Shown: piece after piece, positions 10,401 to 24,907 of the stretch
How positions within the stretch are numbered: the stretch's first letter is position 1
Layout: each line of letters opens with the position of its first letter
NCBI GenBank assembly: GCA_043228905.1
Contig: JBHGNT010000016.1
Coordinates: 10,602,001-10,666,000 of the forward strand
From: Azolla caroliniana
Taxonomy: Eukaryota; Plantae; Polypodiophyta
DNA: 64,000 nucleotides
Direction of reading: 5' to 3'
The notes under the pieces: model-generated
Database searches by the model: none
The model's input: only the letters and a program-made list of their open reading frames with translations
Told to the model about the DNA's origin: nothing
Translations under genes and position numbers: made by a program

Positions 10401-12860
10401 CACGACAATGTTTTCCCTTTAGATTTCCCCAAAATTTAGCACATGCATGTGCTTTCTCTTGCGTTTGGATAAATTGTTGAGTAACTTCCCATATTCTTCT
10501 CTTTCTTTGAATAAGCCTTTTATACTCATGCAAATGCTTTTGGTAATTCTCTTTATCCTTAACTACATCCAAAACCATAAGGCACTTTCGAGCTTCACGA
10601 CATTCTTTATCAAACCATTTTTTCCTAAGTTTCTTGGTGCACTTCCAAGATGTGCGGTTGGTCGAAAAACATTTGTTTGTACATGAGAGAATGACTTTCT
10701 TGAAAGCTTCCCATTTGCATTCTAGTGTGGCACCATGTTGTATCTTTGTCATTTGTAACATATCCTCAACCATCTTGGAATACATGGGTGCTCGCTTAAG
10801 GTTCATGCTCAAGTGCGGTTGTTTATTATCTTCAATAGCCTTCTCACAACCAAACCTATGCATACATTTGAGATCAATACATAAAGGCCTATGATTGGAT
10901 TCCGGTGTCCATTCACCAAGTGAGAATTTATGTATACGATCCAAAATACCTTCGGAAAGTAGCACATAGTTAATCACACTATTTCCGTTGTGTTTTCTAC
11001 ATGTAAAACCATTAGTGTTGGGCCATAAGAAAATACCATTTGCAATAAGCAATCCGGTACTATTGCACATTTTTAGGAGTAACTTCCCAAATTGGTCCGG
11101 ATCTTTTTGATCGCTAGAAGAGCGGTTATACATTTGCATATCCTCTTGCATCCTTGAGATATGTGGCATGAAAGACTCTTGTGAATCAAGTTGGAAACTT
11201 CTTGTACGAGCATTCATGTCACCAAAGACAATAACTTCCCCTTTGGATTTGAAATAAGCAATATCATCTTCTAGATTGGCAAACGGTTGATCTTTATCCA
11301 AACAAGCATAAAAGTTAGAATCTTGATGAGGAATGTAACATCCAACTACAAAAGTGGGCAAATCATTAGGTGTTTCTATTTTGAGCCATATGTAGCATTT
11401 ATTTTCATCATTTTTTATGATTGACACATATTTCTCTATTTCCTTCTTAATCAAACATGCCACCCCTCCTTGTCCTCTTCTTTGTCTTGGATTTTTCTTC
11501 CATATCAAAGAGTGTACATTATAGTTTCCTAAACCTTGAATCCTTTGAGTATCATGCTCCCATGTTTCAACAAGAAGTGTGATATCCGAGTCATCGGTGA
11601 ACTCCTCTATGCCAAATCCCGCATTCCATGGGTATCCATTGCAATTCCAAAAGCATAGTCGTAAAAGGCGTGGGTTAGTCTCATAGATCACGTGTCCCTA
11701 TTTGCCTACATTTCCATCTTTAGGCACATCCTTAACCTTGTTTTTCAATCTTTCTTCATATGCTTTACGACGAGCATTTTGTTGTGAGATAGTACGATCT
11801 TCACTCACAAAGCATTGTGTACCTTTGAGGTATACCCAACTATTTTCGAGTATGATCCACCACTTTGTATCATCTGTCATTGTGCATACAATAGGCCTTT
11901 CTCCGGAGCGAGTAACACCATGTTTCCCAACTCGGTGTGCCCCATATACATTCACATCTGACATCCCATAATGCATGCTAAAAAATTCACCAATGGCCTT
12001 TCCAAGGGATGCAGGTGTTTCCATACTCTCTTCTTTAATCCCACGGACGACAATATTCTTTGATCATCGTTCACGTTCTTTCAATTCTTGGACATCTATG
12101 CTTTCTATATTCTTCTCTTGATGAATCACATGCATATTAGATGAGTTTGATAGCACATCCCCACCACATACATCGGCCCATGACTTCGTTGTACATACAT
12201 TTTTCATCTCAGTTACATCCCGCCTCATCGTGTCCAATTTTTCTTCTTTTAATGCTTCCTTTAACTCAATCTTGTTAAGGCGCTCATTTGTTTCAAAAGA
12301 AGCTCTTTTACATTCTTGAATCTCTTCTTGAAGTTTTGCAACCACTTGTTTATGCCTTTCATTCTCAATGACAACACTTTGGAGCTTAGTATTCTCTTTC
12401 ATTAACGTCCTAATCTCTTCACCTTGCTTATTTATGGTTTCTTGAAGAGAAATCAAGTGACTCATAAGCATTTTGTCCATTGCATTAGAATCGAGATTTG
12501 TTGGTGATCTCGGCTCATTATCAATCATACCCCCGAACTTTGCGGCGGTTTTACGAGTATTTGCCATTGTAGGGACAAACCCTACGGGAAAAGAGAGACA
12601 AAGAGGGAAGGAGAGAGAATGTACCTTTCACTCAATTTAGGGCTTCAAAATCTACCTTCCGTTTGAGGAACCGTGGGGCAAAGATGGCTGCGGATGAAAA
12701 TGCTCATAACTTCTCGCCACGGTAACGGAATTTAGTAAATGAACATTCTTTAGAAAGCTCTCTCAAAGAGCTTTCCAACGAGCTATAGAACGTAGAAAAC
12801 GATGGCCGGAGTGAACTTACAGAGAGAGGGAGAGAGAGAGAGAGAGAGAGAAGCATCGAG
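7477..12860 (-). mobile_element. Near full-length LINE, RTE-X-like (ORF1 plus APE-RT ORF2), degraded and interrupted by a solo LTR at 9649-10407
   Basis: ORF1 pieces at 11698-12567 (coiled coil, then RVG..RPIV..FVSED). APE domain 10408-11691 (WNCNG, ETW, GDMNART, SNHRPL). RT (NNYRTI, FVDFKKAFD, GVKQGCPLSPTLF, LLYADN). C-terminal SSHALRCEIGRW..CTLC..HF motif. (TCTA)n tail at ~7480-7500. The 5' limit is approximate. Confidence 0.9.
9649..10407 (-). mobile_element. Solo LTR, 759 bp, 4-bp TSD ACGT/ATGT
   Basis: Ends TGTCGCG...CACGACA. Removing it plus one 4-bp copy restores the LINE ORF2 frame (NLKGKRVESYGDL). TATAAAA lies on the minus strand at ~10200. Confidence 0.9.
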
Positions 12861-14136
12861 AGTGACTACAACACAGGGGAACGTGGATGGACAAATGCCA
12901 TAGCCATAGCTTCTTGCATACTTCTGCTGCCTATGATGCATCGACTTCTTTTCAAAGGGGGTCCCACTGGGCGTGCCATGTGTTTAGAGGTGGGAGGGGG
13001 ATTGGCTCCACCCCCCCACCTCTAAACAGTGCCTGTGCGCTACTGCCCCCGAACCCCACCCACTCACATCGTGTTGTCGACCCAGAGCGGGACCCCGACT
13101 CACCCGATGATATTGACCAACACCCACCCATCAAGGATCCAGCCATTGTGGTGGCTCCTATGGTTCGAGCAACTGTCATTCTGTGAGTGGTTTGCCCTCC
13201 ATTCTCCAAATATGTGAGCAAACTCCTCTTTTTTTCCGCTCCCGTGACTTTGGCCATGGCATGAATTTCAAGCAGCTCAAGAACGATTACCCACCTATAG
13301 TTCAATTGGTTTGTATTTCCACGACCCCTACAACCTCTACGACAGAAACTGAGATGATTCGTGTCATACGGCGATTACTACATACATACCTAGACATCCC
13401 TAACCCAACCATCCAAGACAATATTCATTTTTTGGAACTGTTGCTAATTCTCCTCGATTCCCCTCCTTACGAGACCCCCGCGTTCAAGTAGTGCCACCTT
13501 CCCTTGAGGGGTCTCATGTTTGATTTGAATAAAGGCCCAACACGTCGTCAACTGGTCAGTTGCTGCACCCGCGTCAACATACTCCCCGCCATCTACAAAT
13601 GGTACTTTGAAATGATGATTGACACACATTTTTTACCAGCTTACATTAATTTTGGTAGGAGCCCCCTCTTCCTTCACCAGCTACAACACTTCCACATGAC
13701 TCGTCGGCCCCAATAAGGACTTCTTCACGACGATTAATCAAATGCAAGAGATTTGTTTACCTCCCCTCAACATCCAACATCTTCGCCACCATCTTCGCCA
13801 CCAACCACCCCCCGACGCCCCAAGCTCACCTCCCACAGTGCACCCGGGGGTGTGCACTCATTAGGTTGTCGGGGATGTTAAGAGTTTGGATTGCACCACG
13901 ATCAATCATGAAGAAGAGTGCATCAACAAAGACATAGTACGGCTAAAGGAACTATGAAGAAGAAATGGCAAGAGGAAAAGGAGCTAATGGGTAGCCAACT
14001 GTAAAAGAGGCAAACCCTAAATGTAAATACTATATAAACCACAATGTGGTGGTTTTGTAAGGGTATACGTCGGTCCGAGCTCGCAAACGACATCGAGGAG
14101 GGTTTAACTCCGTCGATACATAGATCCTACACAATG

Positions 14137-15776
14137 CCGTATGGTTTGAGGCAACGGAGTCTATGAACCATACGTCCTCCGAACTAGAGGCACTATTCGA
14201 AGTAGAGGCTAACATAGAATTTGCTCTATGTCTCATCACGAACATTCCACCATGGTCATCATAATTGAAATTTGTGGCGTAGTTGGTTAGTTGTCAGCTA
14301 GTGGAAGCCGACTCGCGCTTTTTCTTTCGACACTCTTCTTCGTGGTGGCCGATTTTGCCGCAATATTCACATTCGATCGAGTTTTGTTGGCTCGGATCGG
14401 AATGGAAGCTCCCCCTTCTTTTGAAGGTTCCTCGATGGCTTCCATCTTGTTGCCAAATTGGGAGTTGTTTTCATAACTCAGACCTCGTCCGCCTCGTCCT
14501 TGGCCGAATCGGCCTCTTGCTCGGCCATGTCCTCTTCCTCCGTTCGAATGTGTGTAGAGCATATGGCCTTCCGAGGCGTTGCTCCTTGTTATAACATGGT
14601 TTTCTTCAACCAACAACATGGATTGAAGATCAAAGAATGAGGGAGGATTCTCCTGTGCTAGTACGACGGTCCTCATCGCATCAAACTGTGGTGCAAAACC
14701 GCTGAGGCATATTTGCACCATCTCATCATCCTCCACATTCACGCTTATTGAGTCGAGCGAGTCACAAAGCTCCTTGATCTTCAAGGTGTAGCTTGTGATG
14801 GACATATCCCTTTGTTGATGTTGTTCATCTCTTGGCGGACTTGAAGCTTTTGTGACGTCATGTTGGCGGCGAATATTATCTTGAGATTCTCCCATGCTTC
14901 CTTCGGCGTCTCAGCTTCTCGAATGTAGCTGAGCATGTGGTCATGAACACATGTCACCAGGCAATACATCACTCGGCTTGCCGCTTGCTCCCAGGTTGAG
15001 TAGTCGGTGTATTTTGGGTCGGGTTGATTTTCTTGTGCTCCTTTGATGTAGCTGCAATATCCTTGATCAACAAGGTATTGGTGCATCTTGTACTCCCAAG
15101 ATGCAAAGTTGTTTCTATCTAACTTCTTGCTAGGGAGAGTGCTCCCCATTTGAGTATTCATTGTCGATGAAGATCTCCTTCTTCTTTTCCTTATCTCTCG
15201 AAAACGAACTACGTAGTCGCACTACGATAGCGATGAGCTGGTTCTTCTTGAACCTCAGCATAGAACACAACACACACGGATGGGTTGGAATGAGCTACCA
15301 ATCCGCTCTGATACCATGTAAAGAATCATATATGATTCTTGTGCAACGGAAGAGATGTGTGTTATGTGTATGTTTGAGAGGAAAGAGAGGAGAGAAGAGA
15401 AAGCACAAGATAGATTAGATTGAATGGAAGATAGAATACTCAAGAAGGTGTATATTCACAAGGAGAATATGAGATACAAAAATGTAGCATTACAAGGAGT
15501 CACAATTGACTCTTTAAGAAGTAGGAGGGTGCTTTATATAAGGTCACCCTCTCTCTTCATTAACTCACTGCAATGTCCACTCTCTCTCTAGAACCTTGAG
15601 TGTGAAGACTCATTAGTCATGGGGAATATGGAACTCATTAGTCATGTGTCATAGAATATGATTCTATGACACATAGTTAGTGTGTAGAGAGTGGTCTGGC
15701 TCTTGACTTTTGAGTGCTCATAGATTCTCAAAGGGTGTGTTCACACACAATGTTAGGTTGAGCTTGATTGTCAACA
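14137..15776 (-). mobile_element. Truncated copia: 5' LTR 15317-15776, PBS-iMet 15305-15316, gag to protease start
   Basis: LTR starts TGTTGACAATCAAGCTCAACC. TGGTATCAGAGC follows the LTR. ORFs 14781..15161, 14287..14895 and WFIDSVASNH. Confidence 0.9.
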
Positions 15777-15779
15777 CAA

Positions 15780-16160
15780 GCAAAAGAACACACCAGGTAG
15801 AGGGAACACAACGAGTACAGTTCGTTGAAAGACATTGATGCAAAGATAACACAGTGAACAGAGAACACCTGGAGGTAGAGGGAACACGGCTAGCAAAGTA
15901 GAGGTCGATGCAAACAGGACACAATGAGCAGAGAACACCTGAGAGACAGAGAACGTGGCTAGTAGAGTGAAGGTCGATGCAAAGAGGACATGGTGAGTAG
16001 AGAATACCTGGAGGATGTAGATGGGTCACAATGAGGAGAGTTTGCAGAGAACGTGGGTAAACAACAAGCGTATTGTTGTTACAGAGAGGACCCGAGGAGC
16101 AGGGAACGCTTGGAGTTTGTAGAGTGAGCAGAGAACGTGGAGAAACCTGTGCAAAAGGTG
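15780..16160. repeat. Degenerate ~60-bp tandem repeat
   Basis: Recurrent GAGCAGAGAACACCTG(G)AG and GAGGTCGATGCAAA motifs. Confidence 0.6.
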
Positions 16161-16162
16161 GA

Positions 16163-16175
16163 AGAGAGAGAGGGA

Positions 16176-16218
<43 letters not shown>

Positions 16219-17421
16219 ATGTCTTCTAAGACCAAAATTGGCCCATGAGACAAATGGTTTACAACAAAAAATGGGATATTTACCCATTCATCAAAAGTAA
16301 AAAATAAAAATAAAATTAGAGTTTTAAGCTAAATAGTTCTAATAAAATAAAATAACAAACATGTTCTACAATGAAAATGATGTTACACTAGGCCTAATTT
16401 CATTTCCATCCAAGTCTCTCGAAGAGAAGCGGGAGGTCAAAGGGTTTCGATGTGGATGTGTCCCGTGGCCCCAATGTAAAAGGTACCCCAACCATAGCTT
16501 CTAGTCGACATAGCTCACGTTCCCTTATCTTCTTAATCCTTTCTACTCCGTGTCGACTTGTTTTGAAGCCCAACATCCAAGGGCGTTTGGTTGTTCTTTG
16601 CGTTTCGGCTTCCTCAAGAGAGAGGCCGAGAGGCGTAAGTGTATCCACATTCATCGTCTCCCCTTGTTCCTGAAAAATTACACTACTTACAAGTTGATGA
16701 ATAGTAAAAGGGTTATGGTTAACACTTTGTAATTTATTCTCCCTATGTTGTTTTAGCTCTAAGATATACCTACTTATTCTCTTTATATTCTGGGTATCTA
16801 ATAGTTTGGAGAGGGTGGGAGAGGGTCCTAATATGTCTTGGTATTCCACTCGTATCTCGGCATAAGTTGGGCACTTACATGTGAAGTGATACTCATCCTC
16901 TATCTCTATGTGGCACAACCTACATAGCCTTTCCTCCCTAGGGACTCTATTAGCCCGACCATTCTCAATCTCAAGTTGGTGAGATGATATCCTAAGTTGT
17001 CCAATGGCAACCCGTAGTGCATTTGATAAGAATGTATCTAGATATCTTGTTCGTGTAATAAAACCTAACTGAGAGAAGTGCAAGAAGTGTTCCTTATAGT
17101 ACAACATTTTAGATGGTAGTGGCTTTCGCGGGGTGATCCATTTATATCGAGTCTAAATTTGCCATATATCTTGGCATATCACGTTATTATGGTCTTCATG
17201 AGATATTAGAGTTTGGTCAGTCCCATGGTTGTACTTAAGGGGGAGGGGTAGGCTATTAATGTCTACGCCGTTTGCAAGTAACCAACTCACCACAATGCTA
17301 TAACAAAAGCTAGTGTCTCCAGACGCAAGTAGGGATCGAGACGCCTCAAAGGCTCGACGGGATATCCTATCTTGTGGTTGGCTATGTATCCGATGAATAA
17401 AAACTACCACTTGAAACAGTG
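16163..17421 (-). mobile_element. LINE 2 (RTE-X-like), 3' part with (TC)n tail
   Basis: ORF 16400..17107 has LRISSHQLEIENGR..RLCRLC..EDEYHF..C. Joins in frame with 28579 onward once the copia at 17422-28573 is removed (PMLVEALFQVVVF). Confidence 0.9.
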
Positions 17422-17768
17422 TGTTGAGCAACCAAGCTCAACCGGATCCGGATCGGCTGAAGAAGCCTAAGCTGGATCGACATCCGGAAGGATGAGCCAG
17501 ATCGGTATCTGGATGGTATCTGGAAACAACCGGCCAGATCGGGGAGATGAATCGGAGAGCCGGATTCGAGCGGGAACCGAAAGCTTAGTAGTAGCCTAGA
17601 CTACTAGGTAATCATTGTCTCGTAGTTAGTGTTAGTCGCACGTAGGAATATTGAAGTACCTGTCAGTACTTCTGTCAGTCCTTTATGGACTTGTATAAAT
17701 AGTGTTGTTTAGCACGTTGTATGTACATAGAGTTTTCAGAGTGATATTTCGAAGTGAGTTTATGTTTT

Positions 17769-17813
<45 letters not shown>

Positions 17814-19656
17814 CTCTCCCACGCATATTCTCTATGTATTAAGCTTCTCCATTAAACCTTCATCTTATTCTCTATTGCTATCCGGCTGAGTCGGTTCTGT
17901 CTAACACTTCCGCACGTTTATATTCACATGGTATCAAAGCGCGAGGGTTGAGAACCTCTGCAGCTGACACTTACTTTTGTAGACGAACCCTAGAACCCGG
18001 TAACAATAGATATAGAGAAGATATGGACAGAGGAATGGCGAGTTCACTTCCAACAGAGAAGCTTGACCGAAGCAACTACGCGTTCTGGTCATACAAGACG
18101 CACCAGTACCTATTGGGGCATGGATATTGGAGCTTCGTGGAATGAACGAACAAGGTAGCACCGGAGCCGGCACACAATGACTTCCCGATATGGGAGCAAG
18201 GAGGGAGCTGAGTATTGTACCGCCTCGCGTCCTGTGTGCACGATCAGATGCTCAACTACATCAAGGATGCAAAGATGTCGAAGGAGGCCTGGGGAAATCT
18301 GAGGAAGATTTTCGCCGTGAGTACCACAACCCATAAGTTGCAACTCCGGCAAAGAGACATGGTTACGGACTACACCACCAAGATAAAGAAGATTTGTGTC
18401 GCATTCGGGTCCATCAATGTGACGGTGGACCAAGACGAGATGGTACAAATCCCACCTCGGTGGTCTAGCGCAAAGGTACCTCGGCCAATCCGGACAACAA
18501 TCTACACCCGAGAGAAACCACCGTCTTTCTTTGACTTGCAATCGATGTTGATGGTTGAAGAAAACCATGCGAGGGGTCAAGGACCACTCAATCGGACGAC
18601 CGGATGCTATACACGGAGACAGATCGGCTCCATGGACGTGGTGGACGAGGTGGGTCGGCACGCAATGGAGGCGGCCGACAAAAGCAGGACCGGATGTAGA
18701 GAGGTGGTGCCGACAACAATTCCAGACCCTCCACAAGCAGGGGGAGTCAAAGCGGCGCCGGGAACCGGCAAAGAAATGCTAAGACGAAATGCTGGTATTG
18801 TGGCAAAAAGGGCCACAGGGAAAGCGAGTGCTGGAAGAAGCACGCTGATTCGGACAAATCCAGATCCGGCAAAACCAGTCGGGAGAACCGGCAAAGCTCG
18901 CACTACGCGGAAGGATTGGAAGGATCCAAAACCGGGAAAACCGGTAAAGGGCCAGCCTTCATAATGAAGCACAAGGCTAACTCGATGAAGTAGACTACTT
19001 CCAAATAGGAGGAAGTATGGTACATTGATTCCGGAGCGTCCAGCCACATGACGAGCCATGAAGTGTGGTTCTCCTTTTTGGAGAAGCCGGAACAACCGGG
19101 GATTGTCGAAACGGGAGATGACACCCCTCACCCAATTGTGGATGTCAGAGAAGTCCCTTTAAGCCATGTCGGACAAAAGGGAAAGTTGATGAACGTACTA
19201 CATGTTCTGACTATCACAAAGAACCTGGTGTCGGTTGGACAAATTGTCGACCAGGGGATGCAGGTGTGGTTTATGCACCTTGGGTGCTTCATCGAGGAAG
19301 AAGGCCGGATAATCGACGCAGAGAAGGGAGGATATTCATCCTCAACACTAATGACGTTGGCACCACCATGTTTGCCCAAGGGAAGAAGATTGAATCAGAC
19401 ATTGATCTCTAGCACAAGTGGATCGGCAACGTCAATTACTGGAGGCTTCAAGACCTACAATCGAAACAAGTTGTGTTCGGATTGCGGAAATTCAGTGGCC
19501 GGAAGGCCGAAATTTTTGAAGCTTGCCAACTCGGGAACCATCACCGGCTTCCATTCCCCACTGAATGAAACCGGAGCCGTAACAAGCTCGACCTAATCCA
19601 TTCAGATGTATGGGGACTGACACAAAACGTTAGTCTTGGTGGGAGTCGATACTTCG

Positions 19657-22600
19657 TGTAAAAAGTAGCCTGCGGAAGCAGATATGAAGACGGAACAGAC
19701 GGAAGGAAACTCAGGTTCAATGGAGAGCTTGAGCTTACACGGTATACGCGGGAGAGATAGAGAGAGTGAGAGAAGACACAAAAAATATGTTCAACAATAA
19801 TACTCAGTCTGTACATAAGACGTGCTCAGAGAACACTTTTATACAAGTCCTAGAAGGACTAACCGAAGTACTGACAGTACTTCAATGCTCATCAAGAGCT
19901 CCTACACTAACTCCCAAATATATTCCTCACGGAATATCTTTCCTAACGACCTCCCGGTTTACGCACTCGGCCTAACCGATCGGTCCCAACCGATCCGGTC
20001 CTCGGCTTCTTCAGCCGATCCGGTCGATGTTGAGCTTGTCTCTCAACACTCCCCCTCAAGCTCAACTTGAGGCTCTTCGGGATTTTCACAGCACCGGTTC
20101 CTCCTGGCTTCTCGCCTCGCTCGCGCTCCTCGACCTGTTCGACTCCGCGCGCTTCGACCCTTCTGGTCCGCTTGTCTGCTCATGCGGCCCTTATCAGCTC
20201 TTCTGCTGTTGCAGTGTTGACGCTTCTCCTGCTGCCTTTTCTTCCGCTTGGGCCTCGGTTGATTCAGCATATCTGAATCAAACATCCGAACCGACTCGGC
20301 TTCCTCCGATCGGTTTTCGCTCTCGTCTGAGTTGGCTGTCTCCAACTCATCTTCGGTCTTCTCGCCCTTGATGGCGTCATCTCCCCCATGCGTGGTTGGC
20401 TTCGACTCTCTCCTTCGGTTGCTCCCCTTCTGTCCGCTTTCGGACTTTTCCGTGGGTCCGCCCTCGGCTTCTTCAACCAATCCAAAGTCGAACTCGACAA
20501 CTGAGTCAACCGACTCGGTGGTGTCACGGTCTCCGCTCCTTTCCTGCAGCCTTGCTTGGTCATTCGAGACTGTTCTCCCCCTCAAGTTTGGCACGTCGAG
20601 GTGACGCAACCCGAGCGCACCTGAGAATTGCCGCAACTTGTCCAGACCAAGAGACTTGGTGAAGATGTCGGCAGTCTGCCGATCCGTCGGAACGTACTGA
20701 AGTTCGACTTCACCAGAAAGGACACGCTCACAGACGAAATGGTAGTGCACCTCAATGTGCTTGGTCCGTGCGTGGAAAACGGGGTTCTTCACGAGCTGGA
20801 TGTTGCTGAGGTTGTCGCAGTAGATCGTCGTCGAATCTGACACCTCCACCTACAGGTCCTTAAGTAGTCGCTTCAACCATATGGCTTCGCATGTCGCGAC
20901 AGCTGCTCCTCGGTACTCAGCTTCGGTGCTCGACAGTGCAACTGTCGGCTGCTTCTTACTGCTCCACGCGATCGCGGCACTCCCGAGGGAGAACACGTAT
21001 CCAGATGTGGATCGGCGATCGGCGGCATTGCCAGCCCAATCAGCATCAGTGTAGCCAACTAATTGCGCGGCTGCACCGGTCCGATATAGCAGTCCTCGGT
21101 CCTTAGTGCCACTTATGTACCGCAGTATGCGTTGCGCACACTGAAGGTGCTGCTCGGTGGGTCGCGCCATGAACTGACTGATCACCCCGACCGGATAACT
21201 GAGGTCGGGTCAGGTGATGGTCAAGTATATGAGGCTTCCGACAATTTGTCAGAACCTCGTCGGGTTGCATATCTTTCCCGTATCGGGACGAAGCTTGACG
21301 GTTCATTCCAGAGGAGTCAAGAAGAACTTACAATCGGCCATCCCGAATTTGAAGAGCATACTCAGCATGTAATGGCGTTGGCTGATCAATATGCCTTCGG
21401 GGGTACGGATCACTTCGATCCCGAGGAAGTAATGAAGGTCCCCCAGATCCTTCATGTCGAACGATGCCGCAAGCTGGAGCTTCACGCGGTCGATACTAAC
21501 CGGTCCGAGTCGACCTTTCCGGATGAACAGGGAGGAGTCTGATTTTGACGCGACGAAGCCCATCCGACGCAGTTGTTGCGTGATCTTCGCGTTCCAGGCA
21601 CGCAGGGCTTGCTTTAGTCCGTAAAGGGACTTCTTCAGTCGGCATACTGCCGAGGAGTTCGTTCCAGAGTGAAATCTGGGGGGTTGTACCATGTACACCC
21701 GTTCCTCAAGGTCACCTTGCAGGAACGCATTCTTTACATCCATCTGATGTAAGTGCCACCCCTTGGCCGCGGCTACTGCGAGCCAAACACGGACGATCGT
21801 CATTTTCGCGACTGGCGCAAACGTCTCATCGTAGTCGATGCCGTGTTTATGCATGTAGCCCTTTGCCATTAGCCGAGCCTTGTACCGGTTAACGGAGCCA
21901 TCAATGTTGTACTTGACCTTGTACATCCACCTACACCCGATCGGTTTTACCCCTGTTGGTGCGTCAACCAGGTCGCAGGTCTCGTTCTCAGCCAATGCGT
22001 GCATCTCTTCCTCCATCGCGGCACGCCAATTTGCGTCTTTAGCCGCTTCTGCGTAGCTCTCCGGCTCACGCACTTCCGCTACACGGGTCATGTACGCATA
22101 ATGATGCGCCATGTACTCGTTGTATCCGAACCGCAAGACAGGGTTCTTCTGGCGGGTAGATCGGCGTAATCTCACATTAGCCGATGTCGAGGCCTTCTCG
22201 GTCGACGCGAACTTTACCTTTAAAGACCTGTCACCGGTTCCCTCGGAGTCGGACTTGCGTCGGTTTGACTCGTTCTTATCCGTGCCGGAATCCGACACCT
22301 TCTTCTTCCCTTTCTCTTTGTGCATAAGCCGTCTCCTCGGCTTCCTGCGCGGGGAATGCACGGCTGAGTCTCCACTACTCGCCGACTCTTCATCGGACTG
22401 GTCGTACCGACTCAATCGTCAAATCGGACCACTTAACCAGAGTGAAATCGGACTCTCTTCGCGGGTCTCAATTTCGGGTTCATCCGGAGGCATCTCGGCC
22501 TCGCTGACCTCATCATCAGAGCTCGGATTGGAGTCGGGGTTCCGAGTCGGGGGCTGGTACCAGGACGCAGACTCGTCAAACACAACGTCGCGGCTAACAG

Positions 22601-24907
22601 GCGCTTGTTTGGTGCGAGGGTTACAACACTTATAACCCTTCTGCTCGTCCGAGTAACTGACCAAGATGCATTTCTCGGCCTTTGCGTCCAACTTCCTCCT
22701 TTTCTCCTTCGGTACATGCACATACGCAATTCTACCGAACACTCTCAAGTGTCGTAAGTTCGGCTTCGTTCCGAAATATAGCTCATGCGCCGACACTTTG
22801 TCTCCGATCCGGTTCTGGATGTATACCGCGGTACTTACCGCCTCGGCCCAGTAGAACTTGGGCAAGCTCTTTTCCTCCAGCATTGCCCGTGCCGCTTCCA
22901 CAATTGACCGATTCTTCCTCTCGGCCACGTTGTTCTGCTCCGGCGTGTATCTACAACTGAATTCGCGCCAAATTCCCATTTGTTGTAGATAACCGTTGAA
23001 TTGACCGGAAAAGTACTCTTTCCCCCCATCCGACCGTAGGCACTTGATCTTTCATCCCGTTTCCGTTTCCACGAACCCTTTTAGGTCCCGGAAACAGTCG
23101 AAGACTTCGCTCTTCCTCTCAATGAGGTAGATCCACGTGTGCCGCGTGTGGTCGTCAATGAAGGAGACGAAATATCGGCTCCCACCAAGACTAACGTTTT
23201 GTGCCGGCCCCCATACATCAGAGTGTATAAGGTCGAGCTTGTTCCCTCTCCGGTTTCGCTCGTTGGGGAAGGGAAGCCGATGTTGCTTCCCGAGCTGGCA
23301 GGCTTCACAAATTTGTGCCTTTCGACCACTAAATTTGGGCAATCCGAACACTACCTGTTTCGATTGCAGATCTTGAAGCCGTTGGTGGTTGACGTGGCCT
23401 ATCCGCTTGTGCCACAAGTCGATGTCCGACTCGGTTTTTTGTCCCTTCGCGAACATTGCGGTGCCGCCGTCAGTGGAGTCAAGGATGAACATCCTCCCGT
23501 CTCTGCACCCTTGCGTAATCACACGGCCTTCTTCCTCAATGAAGCACCCGAGGTGTGTAAACCGAACCTCCATCCCTTGGTCGACGATTTGTCCGACCGA
23601 GACCAAGTTTTTCGTGATTGTCGGGACGTGCAACACGTTCATGAGTTTCCCTTTCTGCCCGACATGGCTAAGGGGAACTTCTCCGACATTCGCGATCGGA
23701 TGCGGAGTGTCGTCTCCTGTTGCGACTACTCCAGGTTGTATCGGTTTTTCATGGTACGAGAGCCACACCTTATGGCTTGTCATGTGGTTTGACACGCCGG
23801 AGTCTACGTACCACACCTTGTCCGATCTCGGGGTGGTCTGCTTCATTGAGTTTACTTCATGTCTCGTCACGAAGACAGACCCTTCTCCGGCTCTCCCGGA
23901 GTCTTCGGCGTAGTACAATCGCTGCCGATTTCCCTTGTCGGTATGTCTGGGGCCATTTCTGGAACCGGTTCTCTCCGAATTGGCGCGCTTCTTCCAGCAC
24001 TCACTTTCCTTGTGGCCTTTCTTGCCACAGTACCAGCACTCCGTGATGGCCTTCCCTTGCCGGTACTCATCGCTTCGACTCCCCCTGTTTTCAGAGGGTC
24101 CGGAGTTGCTGTCGGCATCACTTCGGTGCCTTCTTCCTTGATCTCGTCAGCCGCCTCCATTGCGCGTCGACTCGCCTCGTCCTCCACGTGCACGGGGCCT
24201 ATCTCCCTCCATGTACAACATTCTGCTGTCGGTGTGCGTGCTTGTAGACGCACCCGCGTGGTTCTCCTCTACCAGGAGCATTGACTGTAAGTCGAAAAAG
24301 GACGGTCTATTCTCCCGGGTATACACAGTCGTTTGGAACACTCCGAACTTCGACGCCAAACCTCCGAGATAGATCTGGACCATCTCGCTCTCCTCGATGT
24401 TCACCTCTATGGAGGCGAGGGAGTCGCAGATATCCTTGATCTTCGAGGTATAGTCCGCCACCGACAAGTCGCGTTGTCGTAGGTTGCTCAACTCCTGTCG
24501 GAGCTAAAGCTTCCTGGCTGTGGTGCTCGCGGCGAAAATCTTCTTCAGATTTTCCCACGCACCCTTCAACGTCTTTGCATCCCGAGCTTGAGCTTACACG
24601 GTATACGCGGGATAGACAGAGAGAGTAAGAGAAGACACAAAAAATATGTTCAACAATAATACTCAGTCTGTACATAAGACGTGCTCAGTGAACACTTTTA
24701 TACAAGTCCTAGAAGGACTGACCGAAGTACTGATAGTACTTCAATGCTCATCAAGGGCTCCTACACTAACTCCCAAATATATTCCTCATGGAATATCTTT
24801 CCTAACGACCTCCCGGTTTACGCACTCGGCCTAACCGATCGGTCCCAACCAATCCGGTCCTCGGCTTCTTCAGCCGATCCAGCCGATGTTGAGCTTGTCT
24901 CTCAACA
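19657..24907 (-). mobile_element. Copia family A copy nested in element B (3' LTR 19657-20048, truncated 5' LTR ~24584-24907), TSD CTTCG
   Basis: CTTCG at 19652-19656 and 24908-24912. PPT at 20049-20057. ORFs 24147..24491, 23052..23918, 22419..22979, 21303..22415, 20850..21185, 20043..20849. The PBS and gag start are deleted. Confidence 0.96.

Noticed and set aside
13876-14133. Possible short LTR (TG start, TATATAAA, CA end)
   Set aside because: No matching terminal inverted repeat, TSD or second copy could be established.
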